Assembly: GCA_964443405.1 (NCBI GenBank)
Contig: CAYUDB010000001.1
Span: 2,752 to 66,751 of the forward strand
Direction of reading: 5' to 3'
DNA from: an uncultured bacterium
GTDB lineage: Bacteria; UBP14; UBA6098; B30-G16
Length of the DNA: 64,000 nucleotides
The position numbers were made by a program, and so were the translations under genes. Below are positions 1 to 10,079 of this stretch, piece after piece (position 1 is the first letter of the stretch; each line of letters opens with the position of its first letter). The notes beneath the pieces are model-generated. The model did not search any database. It was not told the origin of the DNA and saw only the letters and a program-made list of their open reading frames with translations.

Positions 1-3000
1 CGCCAATGAGTGTAAGCTCGGGCGATGCGATTGTGTAAATGCGACCTTCGACAATAAGCATAATCGAAGCGGGATCAACACCGAGGTTGTCGCCAAGCAA
101 AATCTGTATGGGCTGTGTGGCACAAGCTGTGACGGTAGCATCCTGAGGACCAAGTGCGGTAGCTGTAGGAGCTGCATTGTCCACGTGGAAAGACCAGCAA
201 GCAGGTGTGTCTTCTGCGCGGTTGGGATATCTGTCGCAATAATAATCGACACCATCGTAAACATCGTCGAGACATGCGGTGATAAGTGTGCCATCGGCAA
301 AACGAACACCGGCTTCAGCGAAGTTCATGGTGAAGCGTTCGCCATCCCATGTGCAGAAAGGTGTGGTCACTGTGCTGTAAATAACACCGTTAACAGAAAG
401 TGTAACATGCGCTGCGTCGATTTCGTGTGTAATGGAATCGACAATGGCAATCGAGACAACAAGATCGCTGCCAGATGCGAAGGTGCCGGGCGCAGGTTGA
501 GGATCGAAGAAGATAGGCGGTGTTCTATCGACGGTGAATGTCCAAGCATAATCGCCAACATACCAAAGTGGATCGCCACCAATGTCTTCTGCGTTGAGGA
601 TCATGCAGTTGATTTGACGACCATCGTAATATGTGCCCAAAGGTGCGCGGAATTCGAAGTATCCGCCGCCAAGGTGCACGAGAGGTGAATAGATGGTTGT
701 GTCGCAATCGAGAAGACTGTCGGTAGGACCAAAATGCATCCATGTGCAAACAATATCACTGTCGATATCGGCAATGGTGTAAATTCTGTCTTCGAAAAGG
801 AACTGCACGCTACCGGGGTTGATGCCATCTTCATCGAAAATGGTGAAGCTGACAACTTGTTCTTCACACGACGTAACTGTGAGGTTCGCAGGTTGAACAT
901 TCTGGACGAAAGGTCCGTTGAGGATGAAGAATGTCCAAGCCACAAGCGGATATTCGTGTGCGTAGTGGTTGGGCTCGCAGATTTCGATGGAATCGGTAAC
1001 GTCGTAGAAGATGACACTGACTGTATCGCCTTCTGCCCACATGACACCATCGCGCTCGGGGAAGTAAGTGAATGTGCCGGTTACGGCATTCCACTCAAAC
1101 TGGGGTGCGAAAGGCGATGCGGGGTTGTCGATATTGATGACGCCACCAGAATATTCGATGCGGATGCGCATTGTGGTGGGGTCGATAGCGCCAAATCTGT
1201 CGGCAAGTGTAACAGAAATAGGCATGTAGTTGTCGGCGGTAATGGTGTTGTGTGCTGGGGTGTAACCGACAAGGTAAGGTGCTGTTCTGTCGGCAGTTAT
1301 GTTCCAATTTACATTGTTGGGCAAAACTGCATTGCCATAAACATCGTCGCAGGTGAGAAGACGCACGTTGAGATCTTCGCCCTGATAGATCGGGGGATTG
1401 GGCGTGATGGTAACACGTGTGCCAACCTGTGCGAGGTCGGTGGTGGTGGTGAGAATTGGGTGAAGCACAGAAGGCTCTTCCCAAGGCCAGCGGAATGTGC
1501 CGTCGTAATAGCCCCAGCCGAAGCGGCAATAAATGCTCTTCGCAACAGGTGCTATTCTGTCGTATGTGGTAACGACAGTATCGTAGATGTAATGGACATT
1601 GGGATCGAGATAGCTGATGAACATCACTTCGAGTTCATCGCCAGCCATCTCGTCATCACCAAAAGCGCAGCCTAAAGTATCGTAAGGCATGTAAGCGTAG
1701 GATTCGGTTCCGAGCACGTTGAAAACTGCGTCGAAATCGAGACCGATAGTGTTGTCCCAAACAAGCGCAAGGCGTTTTTTGGGGAACGAACGATAGGCGG
1801 ACATGGCATAGAGATCTTCGGAAGCTTCGAGCGACGCAGTGCGAGTGTTAGCTCTACCCGATGCGATCATCGAGTGATACCAGCTCCAGCTTGCGACATT
1901 GGAAGTGGGTGTCACGAAGAAAAGTGTGTCGTAGATGGTTGTGCCATCGATAACAAGTGTATCGACAACGAAGTTGCGAATAATACACGCAGAACGCCAA
2001 TAAAAACCAGAGCGGGGCCAGACAACTTCAAAGAAGGTGTCGGGCACGCAGATGTGCCAATATGTGGCTGCATAATCCCAAATCGGCTCAAGCTCCACAA
2101 GCGGAGATGTGAAATCGTGAGTGGCGCCGCGGAATTCGAAAGTGAGCGTTGTGGGATCAATGCCGTTTTCGTCGTAAACGTCGAAAACGAAGCGCTGATC
2201 GGTGCACGATGTGCGAATGAGATCGGTGCCTGTGCGCAAAGGCTCAACAGCACGCGCTTCGGGACCAAGATAGTCGAGGAAGAAAGATATTGCATTAAGC
2301 TCTGCATAGGCAAGCGCGCTTGCGGTGCCATAATCGGGAGCATCGGCAAATGTGAGTATCTCGGCAAAAATTGTGTCCATTGCATGCCAATCGAAAAGAT
2401 GGAAAGCAACATAATCGGCATACTGTGGAACGAAAGTTGTGTCGGTGTCAACTACGATTGTATCGACGGAAAGGACGATGCCGTCGTTTATCCATTCGAG
2501 TTCGGGGCAAGGATAGGTGTAAACTACACCTTCAACCTCTACCGAAAGCGTGATGGGATCGAGATCGGAATATTCGTCCATAACATACCATTCGATGACA
2601 ATTTCATCGGACGGTTCGGCAAATGTGTTCGGACCCAAGATGACAGGGAAAGTGTCGGATTCGACACCAGCAATGCCACGATGCACAACAACAGGACCGC
2701 TCTGGTCAACTGTAAAATGTGTGACGAAAGGCATACCGGGTATCATTTCGCCCGACCAATCGCGTGCCACAGCAAGCGAACATGTAACTTCGCCAGCAAG
2801 TGGTGTCGTTGGGTTGAAATACAGGTTGGCAGGTATCCAACGCACTTCTGGCGAGGCTGTGGTATAAAGCACGCCTTCGACCCAAAGTTCGATGGTGGCG
2901 GGATTCACCGCGCTCGAGCTGCTGAAAGTAAGCACAATTCCTTGCATGTTATTCGAGGTTGTGCTCCCGTCAGTCGGCAGTGTGGCGGAAATACCCTGTG

Positions 3001-3062
3001 CGAATGCAGCCGCCGCAAAACACAGCACGGCTGTGAGCACCGCAAAAACCTTCCTACTCATC
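1..3062 (-). CDS. Large secreted repeat protein, 5'-partial in the window (N-terminus at 3062; C-terminus lies beyond the window start). Contains repeated Ig-like (Big/SbsA-type) modules.
   Basis: ATG at 3060-3062 with upstream GGAGGAG RBS. The N-terminus MSRKVFAVLTAVLCFAAAAFAQG is a signal peptide. The minus-strand frame stays open for >3 kb to the window edge. Recurring ~90-aa modules (e.g. PPIFFDPQPAPGTF..., APTATALGPQDATVTAC...) resemble the Ig-like repeats in the 10080-12560 protein. The overlapping plus-strand ORFs are Cys-rich low-complexity artefacts. Confidence 0.7.
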
Positions 3063-3272
3063 ACTCCTCCTTAGATTTGATTTGTTAATACTCTTTGTTT
3101 TTTCGCTTATTCTCTCAAACAGTGTGAAAGCACGCCGAATTAAATATATTTCTTAAAATTAAGACCACCCTCGATGTTGTCAAGGGAAATTTGCCTTAAA
3201 CAATCTTTGCGCACGCGCAGTTTTCCAACACGCTCAAACAACTGCGCGGGAAAACGTTCCACTGTTTCCAAA

Positions 3273-3297
3273 ACACGTGCGCATTGCGCGCACGTGT
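3273..3297 (-). terminator. GC-rich perfect 10-bp inverted repeat (ACACGTGCGC-attgc-GCGCACGTGT) followed by TTTTGG on the minus strand. Candidate terminator of the 3315-3944 lipoprotein gene.
   Basis: Perfect 10-bp stem seen directly; it lies 18-42 nt downstream of the stop of the minus-strand gene. The T-run is only 4 nt. Confidence 0.35.
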
Positions 3298-3314
3298 CTG
3301 ATATGTCTTTACAC

Positions 3315-3944
3315 TCAATGAATAGTGTAGCTTTTGAGCTTCATGTCTTTAACATCGGTAGAATCGGCGTTGAACGACGCGAGAATACGCACAGGACCGA
3401 TTTCCGGAGCAAGCCAATTGTAGATTTTCATACTGCCGAGCATGCCTAATGAGACACTCACTTTTTCTTTGTAGCACTCGAAGCTGCCAGCACCGACTGT
3501 TATCGTCTCTTTTGCCAAAACTTCACCGTTTATTGTTGCCAAACCCGAAGTCTGAGACCAAGTTTGTCCGACAGATGGCGCAAGCGGCGAAACAGGGAAC
3601 CGAAGTAACATGGATCCGTTGTAAACTATGGCTTGTAAGTAGTTGGAATCCTTGCGGTAATAGGTGGAATCATCTGTGTCATCGCCGGGTTCCACTTCGA
3701 GCAGAACATACCATTCGAAACTATCTTTGGTTGCCATGTGAATGAGTGTTTGAGTTGCCTCATATGTGAACTGCCCTGTGCTATCGGGGCTAATTGCCGT
3801 AACGTCGTACACCCACTGGTTTTCGACAGTAAGCGGGAAATAATCTCCAGGGGTATTGTTATCGTCATCGTCATCGCCACAACCCACAAAAAGCAGAGCG
3901 AACGCCGCAAAAATCAGTGTTGCCAAAAGTGTAGCTCTTTTCAT
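3315..3944 (-). CDS. Lipoprotein of unknown function
   Basis: ATG at 3944 preceded by AAGGAGGAG. N-terminus MKRATLLATLIFAAFALLFVGCGDDDDD carries a lipobox (VGC) followed by an acidic stretch. No recognisable catalytic motifs. Confidence 0.6.
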   Translation of the reverse strand: MKRATLLATLIFAAFALLFVGCGDDDDDNNTPGDYFPLTVENQWVYDVTAISPDSTGQFTYEATQTLIHMATKDSFEWYVLLEVEPGDDTDDSTYYRKDSNYLQAIVYNGSMLLRFPVSPLAPSVGQTWSQTSGLATINGEVLAKETITVGAGSFECYKEKVSVSLGMLGSMKIYNWLAPEIGPVRILASFNADSTDVKDMKLKSYTIH

Positions 3945-4396
3945 TACTCCTCCTTGTTTTAGGCAAAATAGAGAGTTTTGCATAAAAGTCAAATTAAAAG
4001 CGCAGTTTACGCAAATTTTTGCGCGCAAATTTTTCTGTGTAAAAAGTTGAGCGCAGAAAATAGTGAGTTATGATTAATTGCGCAACATTTTTTTGCAAAG
4101 CTTGTTTGAACCATTGATTTTAGATACATCTCAATATTTTGCTACAACTCTTTTCAAATTAATAAGTTCAACATCTTACATAATAATTACAGCACACAAA
4201 GCAGCTAATCAATCGAGAAAATTGTTCATTGAATGTGCTTTCTTAATAACGTAAAAATCGTTACTTAAAAACTAGAGTTTCAAAATCAAACGCGCCAAAT
4301 GCATTGAAATTATGCACAAATAGCAACTAAACCTCACAAAGTGCTAGTAGGTTTCGCGTGTTATGCAAATATTGCACTTCAGCAACAACCGTGATT

Positions 4397-6256
4397 TCAG
4401 AAACTCCATTTGCACCCACGTACAGAAAAAATGCTATCTACAACAAAAATAACAGTATCTCCGTTCATAGGTTCATGTGATGAAAACAGTTCGAACCATG
4501 AGCGCGTATGCGAAAAACTCAAAATGCGCACGCCCAAACTGTGAGATACTCGTATGAATTCGCTTACCCCAGTAGAGTGCCGCAGCTCGATTGTGCCGAA
4601 AATGCGCATGGTATCGAGTCTATCGCGTGCATCGAAGTTTGCCTCAAAAATTGCGCGCGGCGTGGTGCACGAGAAAAGTTCGAAAGCGCTCGATGGGCAA
4701 ATATGCTCTGCCGAAATAGGCAAACATTCAGGACAAGTATTTTTCACTCGCAAATCTGTGCCAATGCAAACTAATGTGTCGCAAAGTGTTTCTCCAATTT
4801 GCGCCGCCACTACAACCACTTCAGCAAAACAATCACCATCGATATCGGCAATGGCGGGCGAAGTTACTACAGAATATCCTATGCGAATAGAATCGCGCAC
4901 CACGCCAAAACCATCAAGCTCATAAACATACCCACCGAGCGTGCCAATATAAATGCGCACACCACCCGAAAGTTCTACAAAACCAGTTTTAGCTGCATTT
5001 GCGCGAAATTGCCCCCATGCAATTTGCGAAGTTGTATCGGCAAGCGACGGCGACGAGATAATTAGAGTATCAGAAATCTTTGTTTGCCAAACAGTTACAA
5101 CGCTATCACCAGCAGGAAAGTAGCGAATGCAATTAACAAAACCGTGCCCATCGCCAAAGACTATTTCCACATTACCATCGCCATCGATATCACCGGCAGC
5201 AGCTGAAGAGTAAATGGGCGCTCCAAAAGAAGTTCCAGCCATCTCCCAATATGATATGTGACGATCGCCATTTTCATCGCCGTCGATGCAATAAAACCAG
5301 CCGTCGGAGGCACCAATGAATACTTCTGAATCAACATCGCCATCAACATCGGCAACAGCAGGAGAAGCAGGCACGTGTGGATAAGCACCAGCTGTGGAAA
5401 TTGCCCACAAAAGCGCACCTGTTTTGTCGAAACAGACAATTGAGCCGCCAACACCATCTCGAGCACCGCATTCCCACATTCGACGCCAACCTGTGCCCAA
5501 AACGATCTCGTTTTCGCCATCGTCATTGAGGTCTGCCACTGCTGGCGTTGAAATCGTTGGACCGTCAAGCGGCGCAAACCATAACACATCGAAATTGCCC
5601 ACAGCACCGTCTGTGCCGATACTGCTAGGTACCCAACAAGCATGTTCTGCACCAGAATAACCTATGTAACCATCGTCGATGCCTGCGGAAATATCTGCCT
5701 GCAAACAAAATAGCGCCGGACACAACGCATTCGAACAACCGATAACAACCTCACTGCCAACAAAAGCCGTGTCAATGTCGGCAATGGCTGGCGATGAATG
5801 CCACATGTAAGTTCCCGTTCCCGTAATCAAGCCAAAGCGCCACAAAAATGCACCGCGACTGTCAAAAGCTTCCACCGACCAACCAGAAGTGGTGCCACCC
5901 ACAACTTCGGGCACGGCATCGCCTGCAAAATTGCTCACAGCAGGCGAACTTCGCGATTCATCTGTGCGCGTACAAAGATGCCACTCGAGGTTACCATATG
6001 CATCGATTAGGCGCCATGCACCATAAAGTGGATAATAAGGCGCCCGAATTTCATCCGATCCAACCACAATTTCCAAAAACGAATCGGGTTCTCCACCCAA
6101 AGCATTATATTCGAAATTCGCCACAGCAGGTGAGCTGCCATATATCATCCAGTCATTATAGTCGCCCGAAAAAGCAAATTTCCACTTTACAAACATGTGC
6201 CCATGAGCAATTGACACTATGCAGAGCAAAAGCAGCAAAATTCTTATTTTCTTCAT
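4397..6256 (-). CDS. Secreted FG-GAP/VCBS-repeat (integrin-alpha-like beta-propeller) protein
   Basis: Signal peptide MKKIRILLLLLCIVSIAHG after the internal ATG at 6256. Multiple repeats of the form AVADVDGDVDSEVFIGASDG, IADIDGDGNVEIVFGDGHG and IADIDGDCFAEVVV are typical of FG-GAP/VCBS calcium-binding propeller blades. Confidence 0.7.
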   Translation of the reverse strand: MKKIRILLLLLCIVSIAHGHMFVKWKFAFSGDYNDWMIYGSSPAVANFEYNALGGEPDSFLEIVVGSDEIRAPYYPLYGAWRLIDAYGNLEWHLCTRTDESRSSPAVSNFAGDAVPEVVGGTTSGWSVEAFDSRGAFLWRFGLITGTGTYMWHSSPAIADIDTAFVGSEVVIGCSNALCPALFCLQADISAGIDDGYIGYSGAEHACWVPSSIGTDGAVGNFDVLWFAPLDGPTISTPAVADLNDDGENEIVLGTGWRRMWECGARDGVGGSIVCFDKTGALLWAISTAGAYPHVPASPAVADVDGDVDSEVFIGASDGWFYCIDGDENGDRHISYWEMAGTSFGAPIYSSAAAGDIDGDGNVEIVFGDGHGFVNCIRYFPAGDSVVTVWQTKISDTLIISSPSLADTTSQIAWGQFRANAAKTGFVELSGGVRIYIGTLGGYVYELDGFGVVRDSIRIGYSVVTSPAIADIDGDCFAEVVVVAAQIGETLCDTLVCIGTDLRVKNTCPECLPISAEHICPSSAFELFSCTTPRAIFEANFDARDRLDTMRIFGTIELRHSTGVSEFIRVSHSLGVRILSFSHTRSWFELFSSHEPMNGDTVIFVVDSIFSVRGCKWSF

Positions 6257-6485
6257 AACAGGAATATACTCTATCCCCATGAACCTACAAATTTTTTGTA
6301 TGTCTATGCCCACTTTGTCTTTTGGAACAAAACAGCTTTTCGCCAAAAATTAAGCTTTCTAGAATTAGCAAATTTCATTTTGTCTAAACGGTTTTGTAAC
6401 GCACAAACCGCGCAGATATAATGCCAAGTAACGTTGACAACGAGAACAGAATGAGTAGATTTGTAAAAAAATATGCGCAAGGATA

Positions 6486-8291
6486 ATGATGATCCGCAAA
6501 TTACCCGAACTACTTGCAAACCGCATTGCCGCTGGTGAAGTTGTGGAACGCCCTGCTTCAGTAGTGAAAGAGTGCGTAGAAAACTCCATCGACGCCGGCG
6601 CAACATATATCGAAATCATCATTCGCGATGGTGGAAAAACGCTAATGCAAATTGTCGATGATGGAAGCGGCATAGCGCCAGACGATTTGCCGCTCGCCCT
6701 CGAACGCCACGCCACAAGCAAAATTTCCACATTCGATGACCTCGATGCCATAACCACACTCGGTTTTCGAGGTGAAGCACTCGCGTCGATAGCATCAGTT
6801 GCCGAAGTCGAAATTGTCTCACGCCTTCGCGGAGAAAAAACAGCTCATGCCATACGCTGCGATTTCGGAAAAATCACAGATTTCGGACCTACCGCTGCGC
6901 AACAAGGAACTACTGTTACAATAAAAAACCTTTTCGCACTTGTACCCGCACGCAAAAAATTCCTCAAAACCGACAAAGTCGAAACGAACCGCATTATTGC
7001 TCAAGTGCAAAAACTAGCCCTCGCAAAACCCGAAATTTCCTTTCGCCTCGAATGCGACACACGCGAAATAATATATTCACCTGCCACAGGAACTTACATC
7101 GAGCGCATCGAGCAGCTTTTTGGAGCGGAAATAAGCGAAAAACTCATGCCCGCCCACGGTTCAAACGAGCTTTACGCAGTGGAAGCCTATGTTTCACCGC
7201 GAGATTTCTGCACATCATCGTCTTCGGAAGTGTATATGTTTTTGAACTCGCGCCCGATAGCGAGTGCACTTTTGCTGGGTGCCATAAGGCGAGTCTATGC
7301 GCAAATTCTGCCACACGGACGTTACCCGTATGTTTTTATGTTTCTCGAAGCTTCGCCCGATTCCGTTGATGTGAATGTTCATCCTGCAAAAACCGAAGTT
7401 CGTTTTAAGCGTGAGGAAACAGTATTTGGCATTGTTTACAAAGCACTTGCAGCACAACTAGAAACCGATTTTGCACCTGCAGCACAGGTTTTGCCGTCGC
7501 AGCCCATTGTAACCCCAGCTCAGAGCGAAACCCCAGCCAAAATTTCGCGCTCAAACGCCCTCTTCGATGACGTGCCACGCCCATATGCGGGCAAAAAAAT
7601 GAAGGGCTTACCCGAAAAACCTATTGGCACTTTCGACGATGCTTTCTCGCTGACCAAAACCGAGCTTGCCATGCGCGATGCAGCAAACACTATCGAACGT
7701 GAAAGCCTTTTTGCCGAAGGTATGCAGTTTTTGCAGATTCTAGACAGTTATATAATCATCCGTTCGCCGCGCGGTGCAATGATAATAGACCAACATGCCG
7801 CACACGAACGCGTGCTTTTCGAACGCGTTTATGCAGCCATCGACCACGAACCAGCTGTAGTTCAACGGTTGCTTTTCGGCATAGAGCTTTCGCTCTCCCC
7901 ACGGCAACTCGATGCAACATCAGTGCTTAGTGAACACTTTTTGCACACAGGTTTCGAGGTATCACTTTCGGAAAAATCGCGCGGAAAAATCGAAATAACC
8001 GGTGCTCCATCTTTTGTAAAAACATCCGAAATCGAAAGCATAGTGCGCAAAATACTCGACGATTTTTGCAATACCGAGGTGCGCACATCCGATATCCCAC
8101 GCGAATTTGCCGCATCGGTGGCATGCCATTCTGCAATTCGCGCTGGGCAACGCCTGTCCGACGACGACATGCGTTCACTTTTCGAAAGCCTTTTCGCCTG
8201 CGACAATCCCACCACATGCCCACACGGGCGCCCAACTATCGTTGAGTTTTCTGCAATTGATTTCGAAAAAATGTTCGCTCGCCGCCAATAA
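6486..8291 (+). CDS. mutL: DNA mismatch repair protein MutL
   Basis: The N-terminal GHKL ATPase motifs (LANRIAAGEVVERPASVVKECVENSIDAGAT...DDGSGI) are diagnostic of the MutL family. Length 601 aa. Confidence 0.93.
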   Translation: MMIRKLPELLANRIAAGEVVERPASVVKECVENSIDAGATYIEIIIRDGGKTLMQIVDDGSGIAPDDLPLALERHATSKISTFDDLDAITTLGFRGEALASIASVAEVEIVSRLRGEKTAHAIRCDFGKITDFGPTAAQQGTTVTIKNLFALVPARKKFLKTDKVETNRIIAQVQKLALAKPEISFRLECDTREIIYSPATGTYIERIEQLFGAEISEKLMPAHGSNELYAVEAYVSPRDFCTSSSSEVYMFLNSRPIASALLLGAIRRVYAQILPHGRYPYVFMFLEASPDSVDVNVHPAKTEVRFKREETVFGIVYKALAAQLETDFAPAAQVLPSQPIVTPAQSETPAKISRSNALFDDVPRPYAGKKMKGLPEKPIGTFDDAFSLTKTELAMRDAANTIERESLFAEGMQFLQILDSYIIIRSPRGAMIIDQHAAHERVLFERVYAAIDHEPAVVQRLLFGIELSLSPRQLDATSVLSEHFLHTGFEVSLSEKSRGKIEITGAPSFVKTSEIESIVRKILDDFCNTEVRTSDIPREFAASVACHSAIRAGQRLSDDDMRSLFESLFACDNPTTCPHGRPTIVEFSAIDFEKMFARRQ

Positions 8292-8563
8292 ACGCAAAAC
8301 AAGTGCACCGTTACTATCCATTGATACGCTGCTAGGCTCAATCTTTCTGTTTAATCGGTTTTACAATCATTCCCAAGCACAAAATCGCAAATGGGCAAAT
8401 ACTTTTTCTACATAGGCAGCAAGCACCGAATATGTGGGCAGTATTGGCACAGTGCTGGTTGCAAAAATGCGAAGCACCACATGAGAAAAAAGTTGCAAAG
8501 TCGAGTTAAAGTGTTATTATTATTGCCTTTTTTCAATGGATAAAGAACCCAAAAGGAGGAGAT

Positions 8564-9766
8564 ATGGCTTACCCAAAAGCATTGCGCGATTTCCTTACCA
8601 CCGAGCTTGCCGGCATAAAAGAAGCTGGTCTGTGGAAAGATGAGCGCATCATCGTATCGCAACAAGGTGTAGAAATTGAAGTTGCGGGCGGGAAAAAAGT
8701 GCTGAATTTCTGCGCGAACAACTATCTGGGGCTTTCGTCGCATCCCGAAGTCATAAAGGCAGCGCACGCGGGTCTCGATTTTCGCGGATATGGGCTTTCT
8801 TCGGTACGTTTCATCTGCGGCACACAAGACATTCACAAAAAGCTCGAAGCTAAAATCTCCGAGTTTTTGGGCACCGACGACACCATCCTCTATTCGTCTT
8901 GTTTCGATGCCAATGGTGGTCTTTTCGAAACTCTGCTCAAAGAAGAGGACGCCATCATCACCGAAGAGCTTAACCATGCATCCATCATCGACGGCGTACG
9001 CCTTTCGAAGGCAAAACGTTATCGCTTTAAGCATTCGAGCATGGAAGACCTTGAAGAGCAGTGCAAAGTCGCTCGCGCCGAAGGTGCCCGTTTTATGATA
9101 ATCGCCACCGATGGCGTGTTCTCCATGGACGGCGACATTGCCAATTTGCCCGGCATAGTAGAAATCGCCGAACGTTACGATGCGCTTGTTATGGTTGACG
9201 ATAGCCATGCCACAGGTTTCATGGGCAAGCACGGTCGCGGCACGCATGAACACCACAATCTCATCGGCAAAATCGACCTCATCACCACGACACTTGGCAA
9301 AGCTTTGGGCGGAGCTTCTGGTGGCTGCATTTCGGGTCACAAAGAAATCATCGATTTGTTCCGTCAGCGTAGCCGCCCTTATCTTTTCAGCAACACGATA
9401 CCGCCTGTTGTTGCGGCAGCAGCGCTTCGCGTACTCGAAATTCTTTCCACCACCACCGAAAGACGCGATAAGCTCGAATGGAACACCACATATTTCCGCG
9501 AAGGCATGAGCAAAATCGGTCTCGCCATTCGCCCCGGTGTGCATCCGATTGTGCCCATTATGCTTTATGAAGGCAAACTCGCCCAAGACTATGCACGTGA
9601 GCTTCTCAACGAGGGCATTTACGTTATTGGTTTCTACTATCCCGTTGTCGCGAAAGGACAAGCGCGCATACGCGTGCAGATTTCTGCAGCACACGAAAAA
9701 GAACACCTCGACAAAGCCATCGCCGCTTTCGAGAAAGTGGGCAAGAAACTCGGCTGCATCAAATAA
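8564..9766 (+). CDS. kbl: 2-amino-3-ketobutyrate CoA ligase (glycine C-acetyltransferase), PLP-dependent
   Basis: Strong RBS AAAAGGAGGAG. The sequence ([14 protein letters not shown]...[15 protein letters not shown]...[16 protein letters not shown]...[24 protein letters not shown]...[12 protein letters not shown]...[22 protein letters not shown]) matches Kbl rather than BioF nearly motif for motif. Confidence 0.9.
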   Translation: MAYPKALRDFLTTELAGIKEAGLWKDERIIVSQQGVEIEVAGGKKVLNFCANNYLGLSSHPEVIKAAHAGLDFRGYGLSSVRFICGTQDIHKKLEAKISEFLGTDDTILYSSCFDANGGLFETLLKEEDAIITEELNHASIIDGVRLSKAKRYRFKHSSMEDLEEQCKVARAEGARFMIIATDGVFSMDGDIANLPGIVEIAERYDALVMVDDSHATGFMGKHGRGTHEHHNLIGKIDLITTTLGKALGGASGGCISGHKEIIDLFRQRSRPYLFSNTIPPVVAAAALRVLEILSTTTERRDKLEWNTTYFREGMSKIGLAIRPGVHPIVPIMLYEGKLAQDYARELLNEGIYVIGFYYPVVAKGQARIRVQISAAHEKEHLDKAIAAFEKVGKKLGCIK

Positions 9767-9824
9767 ACACAGCAGCTTCACAACTACACCGCTGTGTCGA
9801 TAACTTACCAGCGGCACATACACA

Positions 9825-9858
9825 AAACCACCAAACTTTCGTTTGGTGGTTTTTTTGG
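9825..9858 (+). terminator. Rho-independent terminator downstream of kbl (stem ACCACCAAAC/GTTTGGTGGT, loop tttcg, then T7)
   Basis: Hairpin followed by a TTTTTTT run seen directly, about 60 nt after the kbl stop. Confidence 0.75.
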
Positions 9859-10079
9859 TGGGTAAAATTTTGCTGGTGCGGTGCTGATACTCTGGAAAAA
9901 CCGTTTGGTTAATGCATACGCCAAAAAACATTATGCACAGAAATGCCGCAATTGCTGCCAGTGTTTCACATCGGGAAAAAACTTATTTTTGCTAACATTA
10001 TGCACACAAGTGCGTTAGAAATACAGGCACAGTTAGTTTTTGTAAAATCACACCGCGTGCAAAATTATTATAGCTGGCA

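Noticed and set aside
185-3088. Plus-strand ORFs 185-688, 734-1675 and 1874-3088 (167-404 aa)
   Set aside because: Cys/Gly/Val-rich, low-complexity translations lying antisense to a >3 kb uninterrupted minus-strand frame that has its own RBS, signal peptide and domain repeats. They are shadow ORFs of the real minus-strand gene.
4030-4396. AT-rich 370-bp gap between the lipoprotein and FG-GAP genes as a possible small gene or mobile-element remnant
   Set aside because: No ORF with an RBS, no terminal inverted repeats and no recognisable RNA motif. It is most simply a promoter-distal AT-rich spacer between convergent or tandem minus-strand genes.
8408-9931. 507-aa minus-strand ORF overlapping kbl
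   Set aside because: Antisense shadow of the high-confidence kbl gene; it has no RBS and its composition is not protein-like.
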